Shown here piece after piece: positions 42,054-49,840 of a stretch of 64,000 nucleotides of DNA. The stretch comes from Minisyncoccota bacterium (GTDB lineage: Bacteria; Patescibacteriota; Minisyncoccia; Phycocordibacterales; UBA918): positions 6,743-70,742 of the forward strand of contig JAIPIB010000004.1 in the NCBI GenBank assembly GCA_021734905.1, written 5' to 3'. The notes under the pieces were generated by a model, which was given only the letters and a program-made list of their open reading frames with translations, was not told where the DNA came from and did not search any database. Each line of letters starts with the position of its first letter. Within the stretch, counting starts at the first letter, position 1. The translations under genes were made by a program, and so were the position numbers.

Positions 42054-42085
42054 TGCCACACACGATAGCATGCTATTATTTTCTT

Positions 42086-43639
42086 ATGAGTGAAGGCACT
42101 TTTAATAAATTATTCAGTGGTCCCAAAGAGAAAAAATCTGAAAAACAACTACCAGTAGATGGTAATGAGCCAGCAAATCCTGCAAGAAGAAAATTTTTGA
42201 TTGGGAGCGCGGCGCTAGCCGGTTCTGCCCTAGCTGGGGCGTATTTAATCGGTCGAGAAAATGATGACGTGGACGAAAGTATTTCTGAAGACAGTCCATC
42301 GTTTCCGTCAGCTGAAAAGTTGAGTGAACTCCAATTTGCACGTGAGAAGATACGAGCATGTGTAGAGAGTATTCAGAAAAGTCCCTTTATGGAGAAGCCA
42401 CAAGAGGCTAAAAACGCACTAGAAAATGTCGTGGTTAATACCGACCACACTTCAGTTGTTCTTGGCATAGAAGAAGCTGACGTTATGAGCACTCTTCATA
42501 TTCAAGATGTTCGAGAACTTTCAGAACAAATTCGAAACAGAAATGGTAAAGGTGATGGAGGGTACACACATCAAGAAGGAAACAACGTGTACAATATTTC
42601 ACTCGAAGATACAGTGGTTGATATTGGAGTGTCGAATCGGTTTTTGGTAAAGAAATATTCGAGTGATGGAACTTTGAGCAGCAGTTCCCTTCCGGTATAT
42701 GCAGTTAAAAGATCTCGTTACGAGAAAAAACAAACAACCCATACAACTGTAGGTAAAAATGGTAAAGAGAAAAAAGTAAAAGAAACCACCGGAGATTATG
42801 TTGAATATGTACCATACATACCACCATCTTCCCATCTTGTGAGCAAAGAGAGCGTCGGATCTGGAAAGGAATATGTGGGTACGGTACTTGAAGCAGCACA
42901 TTCAGTACTTTCTCATCGTATGCTGAAGTCAAACCAAAGAGTCTTGAGTATCTGTCACGACATCTGCAAGCGACTTGCTATTGTTGAGCACGTAGATCCG
43001 ATTGCGCTTATAAAATCTGAGAAAAAAGAAGGCAATGAAACAGAATTGCATGTAGAGGACCGGAGGAAGACATTTTACCAAAAAATGTATGCAGAATACG
43101 GACTCAATCAGGATGCCTCATTCAACCACCTCATCAACTCTCTTGGCGCAGGCGGTATGATGCAGATAATGCGAAAAACATACGAGGACATACGAGCTCG
43201 TATGATTGTTCGGAAAATATTTCTTCCAGATGAAATTCCTGAAGACGCAAACGAAGGAAGGAAAGACCCACTCATTTCTGCAATAATTGCAATGTATCTC
43301 TGCTATGATAACTACCTGGTAAAAGGCAAGGTCCTTACCGGAAAACGTGATGATGAAATAGAATTGGCGCTTGTCTCTATGTATAACGGGAGTCCTAATC
43401 TTTTTAGAAAGATATTGAAAGGTGAAGAAGTGAAAAAAGCAAAAAGAGGTAAAAAAGTAAAAAATAAAAGTTTAGTTAGTGGGAAAAAACCGTCGGTGTC
43501 ATATCCCAACGCAACACCCTTCATATACAAGCTCTTAACACACAACCAAGGTGCAAAATTACCAGGGAGTAGCCAATCAGAAAATGGGAATTATCTTCGA
43601 AAGTATCTCTGGCTCAAAATGAATGAAGGGAAAGTGTAA
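42086..43639 (+). CDS. Membrane-anchored protein with a lytic transglycosylase (SLT)-like C-terminal domain
   Basis: ARRKFL plus TM; LAIVE, SLGAGGMMQIM..T, MYNGSP, ENGNY. Start moved to the ATG at 42086 because the upstream frame is the repeat. Confidence 0.65.
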   Translation: MSEGTFNKLFSGPKEKKSEKQLPVDGNEPANPARRKFLIGSAALAGSALAGAYLIGRENDDVDESISEDSPSFPSAEKLSELQFAREKIRACVESIQKSPFMEKPQEAKNALENVVVNTDHTSVVLGIEEADVMSTLHIQDVRELSEQIRNRNGKGDGGYTHQEGNNVYNISLEDTVVDIGVSNRFLVKKYSSDGTLSSSSLPVYAVKRSRYEKKQTTHTTVGKNGKEKKVKETTGDYVEYVPYIPPSSHLVSKESVGSGKEYVGTVLEAAHSVLSHRMLKSNQRVLSICHDICKRLAIVEHVDPIALIKSEKKEGNETELHVEDRRKTFYQKMYAEYGLNQDASFNHLINSLGAGGMMQIMRKTYEDIRARMIVRKIFLPDEIPEDANEGRKDPLISAIIAMYLCYDNYLVKGKVLTGKRDDEIELALVSMYNGSPNLFRKILKGEEVKKAKRGKKVKNKSLVSGKKPSVSYPNATPFIYKLLTHNQGAKLPGSSQSENGNYLRKYLWLKMNEGKV

Positions 43640-43762
43640 ACACGGACAATATGGTCCAATTATATAATCGACACCACCGTTGACTTTTTCGTCGCAAAAC
43701 TGTTTACTTTGCATATTCTCAATGTGTAGTGTATTTGAGTGTTCTTTTGAAAGGATAAGAAA

Positions 43763-44353
43763 ATGGACCAATACCGGACATCGTCATACCTTAGTCATCG
43801 TAGGAAACTCCTCAGACTTTTATCAGCGATGTGGAGTGATCCAAGGGTTCAGTTGTACCGTAACCATAATCTGCCGATTATAAAAGAGTTAGCCGAGGGG
43901 TCAGTCTTTTTGGCGGGCCCGACCTCGCGCCACCAAATTCTTGAGCATAATTGGAGGTGCCTCGCTGTCTACTATTTACGCCGTGCGGGTTTCAGGGGTT
44001 ATATTTACGTTCCTGAACCACACGGACAGGAACAATCTGGTGATTTCACTGAAAAGAGTTTTATTCACTATTGGGAATCTTCACGATTGAATGATGCAAA
44101 GTGTGTTGCGTTTTGGATTCCTAGAAAAGCTGATGAACTTCTGGGTCTAAATACCAACCTTGAACTCGGAATCTTTTTGGGCAAATATAGCAACTTGTCT
44201 AAGGAAGAAAAGGAGAAGAAACTGTTCATTGGTTGGCCTAGAGATGCCGAGCGTATGGGGTTACCACACCATTATGCACACGAACTTGGAGAACATCGTA
44301 TCTACCAAGAAATCAAGCAATTATGCGAGGCGATTGCGCAACAAATGATATGA
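43763..44353 (+). CDS. Nucleoside 2-deoxyribosyltransferase-like protein
   Basis: SVFLAGPT, W, YVPE, WE...L, VAFWIPR, TNLELG. Confidence 0.75.
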   Translation: MDQYRTSSYLSHRRKLLRLLSAMWSDPRVQLYRNHNLPIIKELAEGSVFLAGPTSRHQILEHNWRCLAVYYLRRAGFRGYIYVPEPHGQEQSGDFTEKSFIHYWESSRLNDAKCVAFWIPRKADELLGLNTNLELGIFLGKYSNLSKEEKEKKLFIGWPRDAERMGLPHHYAHELGEHRIYQEIKQLCEAIAQQMI

Positions 44354-44525
44354 CCACGATATCTCACCCAGTCGACTAACAAGTCGTCCAACAGGAAAAG
44401 CCATCTGGAGGACGGCTTTTTCTATGTTTTACTGACCATTTTAATGGCCACGGGCATCCCGTAGTCCGCAAAGTTGACTTCCAGCAAAACCATGGTACAG
44501 TAAACGCGGATAAAAAAGGAGAAGA

Positions 44526-44921
44526 GTGATGGTAAATGAAAAACGCGGTTCTGTGATTGAAGGTTTCGTTTTTGCAGTAACTCTTGCGGCGATTGTGGGG
44601 ATTGTGTGCAAAGTTGCAATCCCTTCCGATGGTTTGAGTGCTTTGTTTGCATACCTTACTGCTGTACTGTATGGGGCAGCAGTGTATGAGCTCTGGGTTT
44701 TCCTCATGAACAACTGCTCATCCCTGGTATGGGAAGACGGCGCCGAACCAGTCGAATTGGACCTAAGACAGACAATCATCGCGCCATTCCTGCCTATTGC
44801 AGTTCTTCTTGCGGTATTTGCCATAGCCATTTTGTTTTTGATGGCGTACTTAAAGTACTTGTACGACAAAGCCCAAGGTCGCCATGATGTGGTAACGAAA
44901 AATCCCCCGACTACAAGTTGA
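44526..44921 (+). CDS. Hypothetical membrane protein (3 TM)
   Basis: AAGGAG upstream; hydrophobic segments; terminator after the stop. Confidence 0.65.
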   Translation: MMVNEKRGSVIEGFVFAVTLAAIVGIVCKVAIPSDGLSALFAYLTAVLYGAAVYELWVFLMNNCSSLVWEDGAEPVELDLRQTIIAPFLPIAVLLAVFAIAILFLMAYLKYLYDKAQGRHDVVTKNPPTTS

Positions 44922-45018
44922 CCGAACACATCTCAGTAGAAGGCGCAGTTGTCCACCAACTGCGCTTTGTTTTTATATTAAATCGAACACATGAGACTGT
45001 ATACTATATATAGTTACT

Positions 45019-45681
45019 ATGATACGCAAATCTGCACAGTATGAACAGGCAAAAGAACTACGAATGCGTGGTTTTACATACGCCGAGGTTGCAAAGATTG
45101 TCGGTGTCGCTAAAAGCACTGTTTCTCTATGGTTTTCACGTGAAACATGGTCTGCGAATGTTGCAGAAGACAACACGAAACGTGCGGCGAAGGAAAATAA
45201 AAAACGTATTACTCTTCTAAACAAAGCCCGAAGTAACCAATTTAGAAAGCTCTATACGGAAGCTGAGCGTTCAGCAACTACAGAATTTAAACATTATAAG
45301 AGCAATCCCCTTTTTATAGCTGGTCTTATGCTTTACTTGAGTAAGGGGGATCATTCAAACAGTCCAGTGATTTGTATTTCAAGCTCACGTAAGGAAATTC
45401 ATCGCTTATTCATTAGGTTTTCAACTGAATTTCTTGGTGTTCAAAAAGAAAAAATGAGATTTTGGTTATTACTTAATTCAAGCCATTCAGCCGAGACATG
45501 TTCACGTTCATGGTCGAAGGAGATAGGTCTTTCCGTGAAACAGTTTCACAAGAATCAGATTACTAAGAACAATAATATAGGTAGTACATTGCATGATGGT
45601 GTTGGAAATACTATAATCGGAGGCACACTCATGAAGAAAAAGCTTCAGAAGTGGGTTGAAACAGCTCTTTTGGAGCTGTAG
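45019..45681 (+). CDS. HTH + LAGLIDADG-like protein abutting tRNA-Gly
   Basis: N-terminal HTH (LR..G.TY.EVA...GVAKSTVS.W); IAGLMLYLSKG helix; stop codon 10 bp before the tRNA. Confidence 0.6.
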   Translation: MIRKSAQYEQAKELRMRGFTYAEVAKIVGVAKSTVSLWFSRETWSANVAEDNTKRAAKENKKRITLLNKARSNQFRKLYTEAERSATTEFKHYKSNPLFIAGLMLYLSKGDHSNSPVICISSSRKEIHRLFIRFSTEFLGVQKEKMRFWLLLNSSHSAETCSRSWSKEIGLSVKQFHKNQITKNNNIGSTLHDGVGNTIIGGTLMKKKLQKWVETALLEL

Positions 45682-45690
45682 ATCACATAT

Positions 45691-45761
45691 GCGGCCATGG
45701 TTAAGTGGTATAACGAGTCCTTGCCAAGGATTAGTCGGGGTTTCGATTACCCCTGGCCGCA
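45691..45761 (+). tRNA. tRNA-Gly(GCC), no encoded CCA
   Basis: GCGGCCA/TGGCCGC acceptor; AGTCC-TTGCCAA-GGATT; T-arm GGGGT-TTCGATT-ACCCC (U53-A61). Confidence 0.93.
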
Positions 45762-46158
45762 CAAAATGCCCCGAAAGGGGTTTTTCTGTGGCCAGGAGAA
45801 AGGTGCCGTGCACCTTTCGTGGTAATCGAAACCGCCGGAACGATGTGAGGTACGAACAAGTGAGGCGTGACCCGTGGCACTTATGAGCGTAGCGAATTAG
45901 TGACCATCAGGTTTCAATTACCCCTGGCCGCACCATTAGATAAGTCGGGCTTTTGCCCGGCTTTTCTAATGGTGGTGGGTAATTGAAAAAGCTTTTAAGT
46001 TAGATTGTGAGGCGTATGCCGAAGCAATCTAGCCAAAAGGTGTACTGAAGCAGTATGCTTTCGATTCTTCTTACAGAAGCTGTCTACTTTGCGGGTGTGG
46101 AACACCTCACAAAGTCTTGCGGAATGATGTTAAATCATTCCTCACCCTGGCCACACCA
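45762..46158 (+). repeat. Tandem tRNA-Gly-derived structured elements
   Basis: Antisense tRNA end at 45788-45833; sense copies at 45910-45935 (with CCA) and 46059-46158 (interrupted). Confidence 0.85.
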
Positions 46159-46220
46159 TGTGTAGAATAGGCGGGAGGCTGTGAGACCGCAAAGTGGAGC
46201 TAACAGTGAAATGCCGACTC
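46158..46220 (+). ncRNA. 23S rRNA L1-stalk (H76-78)-like module
   Basis: ATGTGTAGAATAGGCGGGAGGCTGTGA...GGAGCTAACAGTGAAATGCCGACTC resembles 23S AUGUGUAGGAUAGGUGGGAGGCUUUGA...GGAGCCGACCUUGAAAUACCACCC (recalled E. coli sequence). Confidence 0.7.
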
Positions 46221-46239
46221 ATAGTACAATTACCCAAGT

Positions 46240-46265
46240 AACCACCCTTTCCACGGGTGGTTTTT
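46240..46265 (+). terminator. Intrinsic terminator closing the tRNA-Gly array
   Basis: AACCACCC-TTTCCAC-GGGTGGTTTTT. Confidence 0.75.
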
Positions 46266-46436
46266 ATAAAAGACATCTTTAAGGACATTCAGATTTTTGA
46301 GTGGAAAATGTTGAAAACTGGGGAAAACTAAGTTGATATGTGGATAAAGGACACAAATTTATAATAAAATGTCCTTAAAAAATGGCTTAAGATATATGGA
46401 TCGTCAAAATCCAAGACATCTACCGCAATATGTGCA

Positions 46437-47064
46437 TGTTTCACGTGAAACATTTACGATTTGTGCCTATACACTATATAGTTTCATATGAAACCACATG
46501 GCAAAACACAATGAAATTGGTAAATTAGGAGAGGATTTGGCCGCAAAATGGCTTAGAAATATAGATTTTGCAATTCTGGAAAGGAACTACCTTAAAAAGT
46601 ATGGAGAAATTGATATTGTTGCACGTGAAACAGAAATAATTCACTTTATTGAGGTTAAAACTGTTTCATATGAAACAAAGCGTATACTTGAAGACTCTGT
46701 TTCTCGTGGAACGTGGCGCCCTGAGGAAAATGTTCATTTTGAGAAACAAAAACGACTTGCGCGGACCATTGAGGCATGGATTCATGAAAATGAATATTAT
46801 GGTGACTGGCAAATTGATGTCCTTACGGTACGAGTAGTTCCACGTGAAAAGTTTGCTAGTTTTATGATGATCGAGAACGTGATATTTGAATAGTTCCATG
46901 TGGAACAAAGGAATAACGTTCCACGTGAAACACATAATCTAATTATGTGACTAAAAATCAATGTTTTGAGTTTAGTTAACATAGGTCTGGCCTATGTAAC
47001 TATTTTTGAGTAGTAAAACAGTATGTTTCATATGAAACGTACCGTTTGTGTTCCGTGTGGAACA
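46437..47064. other. parS cluster (10 sites)
   Basis: Perfect TGTTTCACGTGAAACA at 46437; variants at 46480, 46617, 46662, 46698, 46836, 46892, 46917, 47024, 47049; an outlier at 45132. Confidence 0.9.
46498..46893 (+). CDS. yraN: YraN-family (UPF0102) nuclease-like protein
   Basis: GKLGEDLA, ILERNY...GEIDIVA, FIEVKT, V...KQ.RL. Confidence 0.88.
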   Translation: MAKHNEIGKLGEDLAAKWLRNIDFAILERNYLKKYGEIDIVARETEIIHFIEVKTVSYETKRILEDSVSRGTWRPEENVHFEKQKRLARTIEAWIHENEYYGDWQIDVLTVRVVPREKFASFMMIENVIFE

Positions 47065-47065
47065 A

Positions 47066-47681
47066 TTACAAGATTTTTCTTATTTCTTCGTTGATTTCTG
47101 GGAATTCAGGTCCAATAAAGTGTCCTCGGTCTGTGAAGGTTATTAGTTTTGCAGTAGGGATGTTTTGCTTGAAATACTCAGCGTGGGTAAATGGGACGAG
47201 GTGATCGTCGGTTGAGTGGTATATTAAGATCTTTTGCACTTTCTTTTCTAGAATCCCTATATTTTTGATGTCAAAATCAAAATCATTGCAGTCCCTGTAC
47301 CCATATTCCTTATTACTAAAGGGTGTAGCGACAAGAAAAAGCGCTTTAATAGGGGAAGGGTACATCGTTTTCGAGCAAATATTTCACCAAAAAGTATCCT
47401 CCTTGAGAATGTCCTATAAGAATGACCTCGCCTGTAAGAAACTCAAAGTATCGTTCAAATCATATTTTCCACTCAATGTACTTCGCGTTTTGCTTGTTGG
47501 GCATCGTGGGTAAGAATACATCATGATTTGATCCAAATTCTTCTCGAATTGTGTCTTTCCACCGTTTGGCATGTTCGTGGCCGAAGAGGTCGTAGATTGG
47601 CTCATTTCATAAGTATCCAAGAAAATCCTCGTATTTGTTAAAGGATTCAGCACCGTGAACAATTAATATTTGAGTTTTCAT
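47066..47681 (-). pseudogene. Alpha/beta hydrolase (RBBP9/YdeN-like) pseudogene, paralog of 51093-51713
   Basis: MKTQILIVHG...MPNKQNAKY.EWKI*FER...GHSQGG. In-frame TGA at 47607-47609 and 47460-47462, plus a frameshift near 47352. Confidence 0.85.
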
Positions 47682-47783
47682 GGTATAAAAAGTGTAGCAC
47701 AGCTTTAAAGGTCGCGTGTTTATTGTACAAAAACAGAAACCGCCACCAACATTGATGACGGAATCCGTCGGATGTTGTGGCGG

Positions 47784-48173
47784 TTATGCCCGTTGAAGGG
47801 CTTGGACTTGTTGTGGCTGGGTTGCGGGTCGTACGGGACTTCTTTGACTTGGACGTTGTATTTCGTCTCCAGAATGCTCAAAAAGCGGAAGTTGCCCCAT
47901 CCGTTCTTCGTTTTCGGCTATCCATTTTGATAACTTAATGTATGGGCAGGAAGCCCAAAAAGCCTCCCATAAGAAACCTGCGCCCATCAAAAAGGCAAAT
48001 GCAACAGCCACGTATTTCCAGGTGCCTTCACTGGTTGAGGTCAGGAATGGTGTGACTCCAACAAAGAGGCTTGCGAGCACCAATTCGGGCAAAGTTGCTG
48101 TGAATCCTCGAAGAAAGAGCAGTTCGGAGCCGGAAAATTCGATCCCCGTTGTAATGCCAAATTTAAGTTTCAT
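47784..48173 (-). CDS. Hypothetical membrane protein
   Basis: AAGGAGG SD before the ATG at 48173; two TM helices. Confidence 0.6.
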   Translation of the reverse strand: MKLKFGITTGIEFSGSELLFLRGFTATLPELVLASLFVGVTPFLTSTSEGTWKYVAVAFAFLMGAGFLWEAFWASCPYIKLSKWIAENEERMGQLPLFEHSGDEIQRPSQRSPVRPATQPQQVQALQRA

Positions 48174-48317
48174 GGAAAACCCTCCTTGAAAAATTGTAAG
48201 TGGAGCTACGTTACTGTATATATTATGCAGGAGATAATGTATTTGGTCAACCAAGCAGTATGTGGTTAAAATTATCTTTATCTATGTAGGTGCAATATAA
48301 TTTTGATATAATCGAGT

Positions 48318-48749
48318 ATGATTTTTAAGAAGGAACCAGTTGATTTTAAAACTAAAATGGACGTTGTCGCATGTTATGTTCAACATAAAGGGAAGTTCCT
48401 TTTGCTCAAGAGACAGCCCCATAAGTCGCATGGTGGGAAGTGGGGTCTTCCGGCAGGGAAGGTAGGTGTGGGGGAAAGTTACGAGAGCGCTGTCGTAAGA
48501 GAAGTATCTGAAGAGACAGGTATTGAAATTAAAAAAGAAGATTTTAAACAACTTCAAACATTGTGGGTACGGATTGAAGGTTTGGATTTTCAGTATCACA
48601 CGTTTGCAGTAGAACTTGCTTCTTTGTTAGAGATAACCCTTAGTGATGAGGAACATCAAGAGTATGTTTGGGTATCACCAGAAGAATCACTTCAAGTTGA
48701 TACGATTCATGATTTAAGAGAATGTACGAAACTGTTTTTTAGTCTCTAA
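48318..48749 (+). CDS. NUDIX hydrolase
   Basis: WGLPAGKV..GES...AVVREVSEETG Nudix box. Confidence 0.92.
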   Translation: MIFKKEPVDFKTKMDVVACYVQHKGKFLLLKRQPHKSHGGKWGLPAGKVGVGESYESAVVREVSEETGIEIKKEDFKQLQTLWVRIEGLDFQYHTFAVELASLLEITLSDEEHQEYVWVSPEESLQVDTIHDLRECTKLFFSL

Positions 48750-48791
48750 ATCATTCCTTCGTGGTTGATTTTTTTAAGGTATACTTCGTGT

Positions 48792-49352
48792 ATGAATATA
48801 ATTTTTCTTATCATAGTTTTTCTTCTCGGGGTTGGGACGTATGCGGGCGTTAATTATCTAAATGACAAAAACCCTGTAGACTCAAGTATCGATACTGTTG
48901 AGATGATACCTAGTGAAAAAGCTGATATAAAGGTGGCTGAGCCAGCCGAAGAGACAAAAACTACTGTGTCCAAAGGTAGCCCAACGATAGATCTAAGTAA
49001 TCAAGGGCTCGTCAAAGTCCAAGGATCTATTTTTGATAAAATAAACACGGAAGTACTCAATCTTTCAAACAATAACCTCAGTGGGTCATTGTCATCAGAG
49101 ATCGGGCACTTAAAAAATCTCCGCATTTTGGATCTCAGCAACAATAACTTCACCGGTGTGCCGGCAGAAATTGGACAACTTTCGAATCTCGAAGTGCTTG
49201 ATTTGTCAGGGAATCCAATCACCGGCCTTCCGTATGAGCTTGGAAACCTTAAGAATTTGAAAATCCTTGATCTCAGAAATACCAATTATTCAGAGCAGGA
49301 CCTCACGGTCATTAAAGCAGGACTTCCTCAAAATATTGAAATCCTTAAATGA
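48792..49352 (+). CDS. Membrane-anchored leucine-rich-repeat protein
   Basis: N-terminal TM; LxxLDLSNNxxxGxPxEIGxL repeats. Confidence 0.9.
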   Translation: MNIIFLIIVFLLGVGTYAGVNYLNDKNPVDSSIDTVEMIPSEKADIKVAEPAEETKTTVSKGSPTIDLSNQGLVKVQGSIFDKINTEVLNLSNNNLSGSLSSEIGHLKNLRILDLSNNNFTGVPAEIGQLSNLEVLDLSGNPITGLPYELGNLKNLKILDLRNTNYSEQDLTVIKAGLPQNIEILK

Positions 49353-49364
49353 GAATAAGGAACA

Positions 49365-49689
49365 CTGAAACTTACAGTTTCAGTACCCATTCAGGATAAT
49401 CTTCTTCGCTTCACTCGAAAAGATATCTCTGAATAGCTTCAGTTCCATATTGTCGTGGAGTCAGGGATCTTTCATTACATGAACGGTTCAGGTTGTATGA
49501 CCGTTTCTTCTTTTAGTATTTGTCGGGGAGCCGGGTGAGACAGTCCTGGAGGCTGTCGCAAGACCTTGAGCAGTTGTTGCGAAAGGTGTACAGCGTCTGT
49601 AAGACGGAATCCGGACCACTCCTTTCTCCGAAAGCCACAATAATCTCCCAGATTATTGGTTCAATTTGGTGTCTTTGTCCTAGTCTGGG
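49365..49689 (-). repeat. tRNA-Pro-derived structured elements (downstream on the minus strand)
   Basis: tRNA 3' fragments at 49607-49621, 49521-49535 and ~49451-49469; TGTAA/TTACA-loop hairpins at 49594-49606, ~49471-49483 and 49367-49381. Confidence 0.8.
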
Positions 49690-49760
49690 TCGGGGAGCCG
49701 GGAATCGAACCCGGACCACTCGGTCCCAAACCGAGTACACTACCACTATGCTACACCCCG
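49690..49760 (-). tRNA. tRNA-Pro(UGG)
   Basis: CGGGGTG...CTCGG-TTTGGGA-CCGAG...GGTTCGATTCC...CTCCCCG-A; one U-U mismatch in the acceptor stem. Confidence 0.92.
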
Positions 49761-49804
49761 ACCAAGACAGGGACGAGATCTAAGACCAAGACACCAAACT
49801 GAAC

Positions 49805-49840
49805 CCCAAACCGAGTACACTACCACTATGCTACACCCCG
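49805..49840 (-). repeat. Exact duplicate of the tRNA-Pro 5' half (through the anticodon loop)
   Basis: CCCAAACCGAGTACACTACCACTATGCTACACCCCG is identical to 49725-49760. Confidence 0.95.

Noticed and set aside
41876-42085. N-terminal 70 aa of the 587-aa track ORF, and the similar short ORFs at 39875-40079 and 41846-42071
   Set aside because: They are translations of the 136-bp non-coding repeat and tRNA; the likely start is the ATG at 42086.
45691-46160. CRISPR array interpretation of the repeated tRNA-end sequences
   Set aside because: Only 2-3 degenerate copies with irregular, structured spacers, the repeats are tRNA-derived, and there are no cas genes.
46158-46220. A 23S rRNA gene
   Set aside because: Similarity is limited to ~60 nt and the flanks are tRNA fragments and a terminator; reported as a mimic instead.
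49536-49606. Assignment of the T-loop insert or TGTAA elements to a known ribozyme (twister-sister, hammerhead, HDV-like theta)
   Set aside because: GCAAG and UGUAA recall twister-sister, but the CUCA element is on the other strand. I saw no CUGAUGA/GAAA core or HDV nested pseudoknot, so it is left unassigned.
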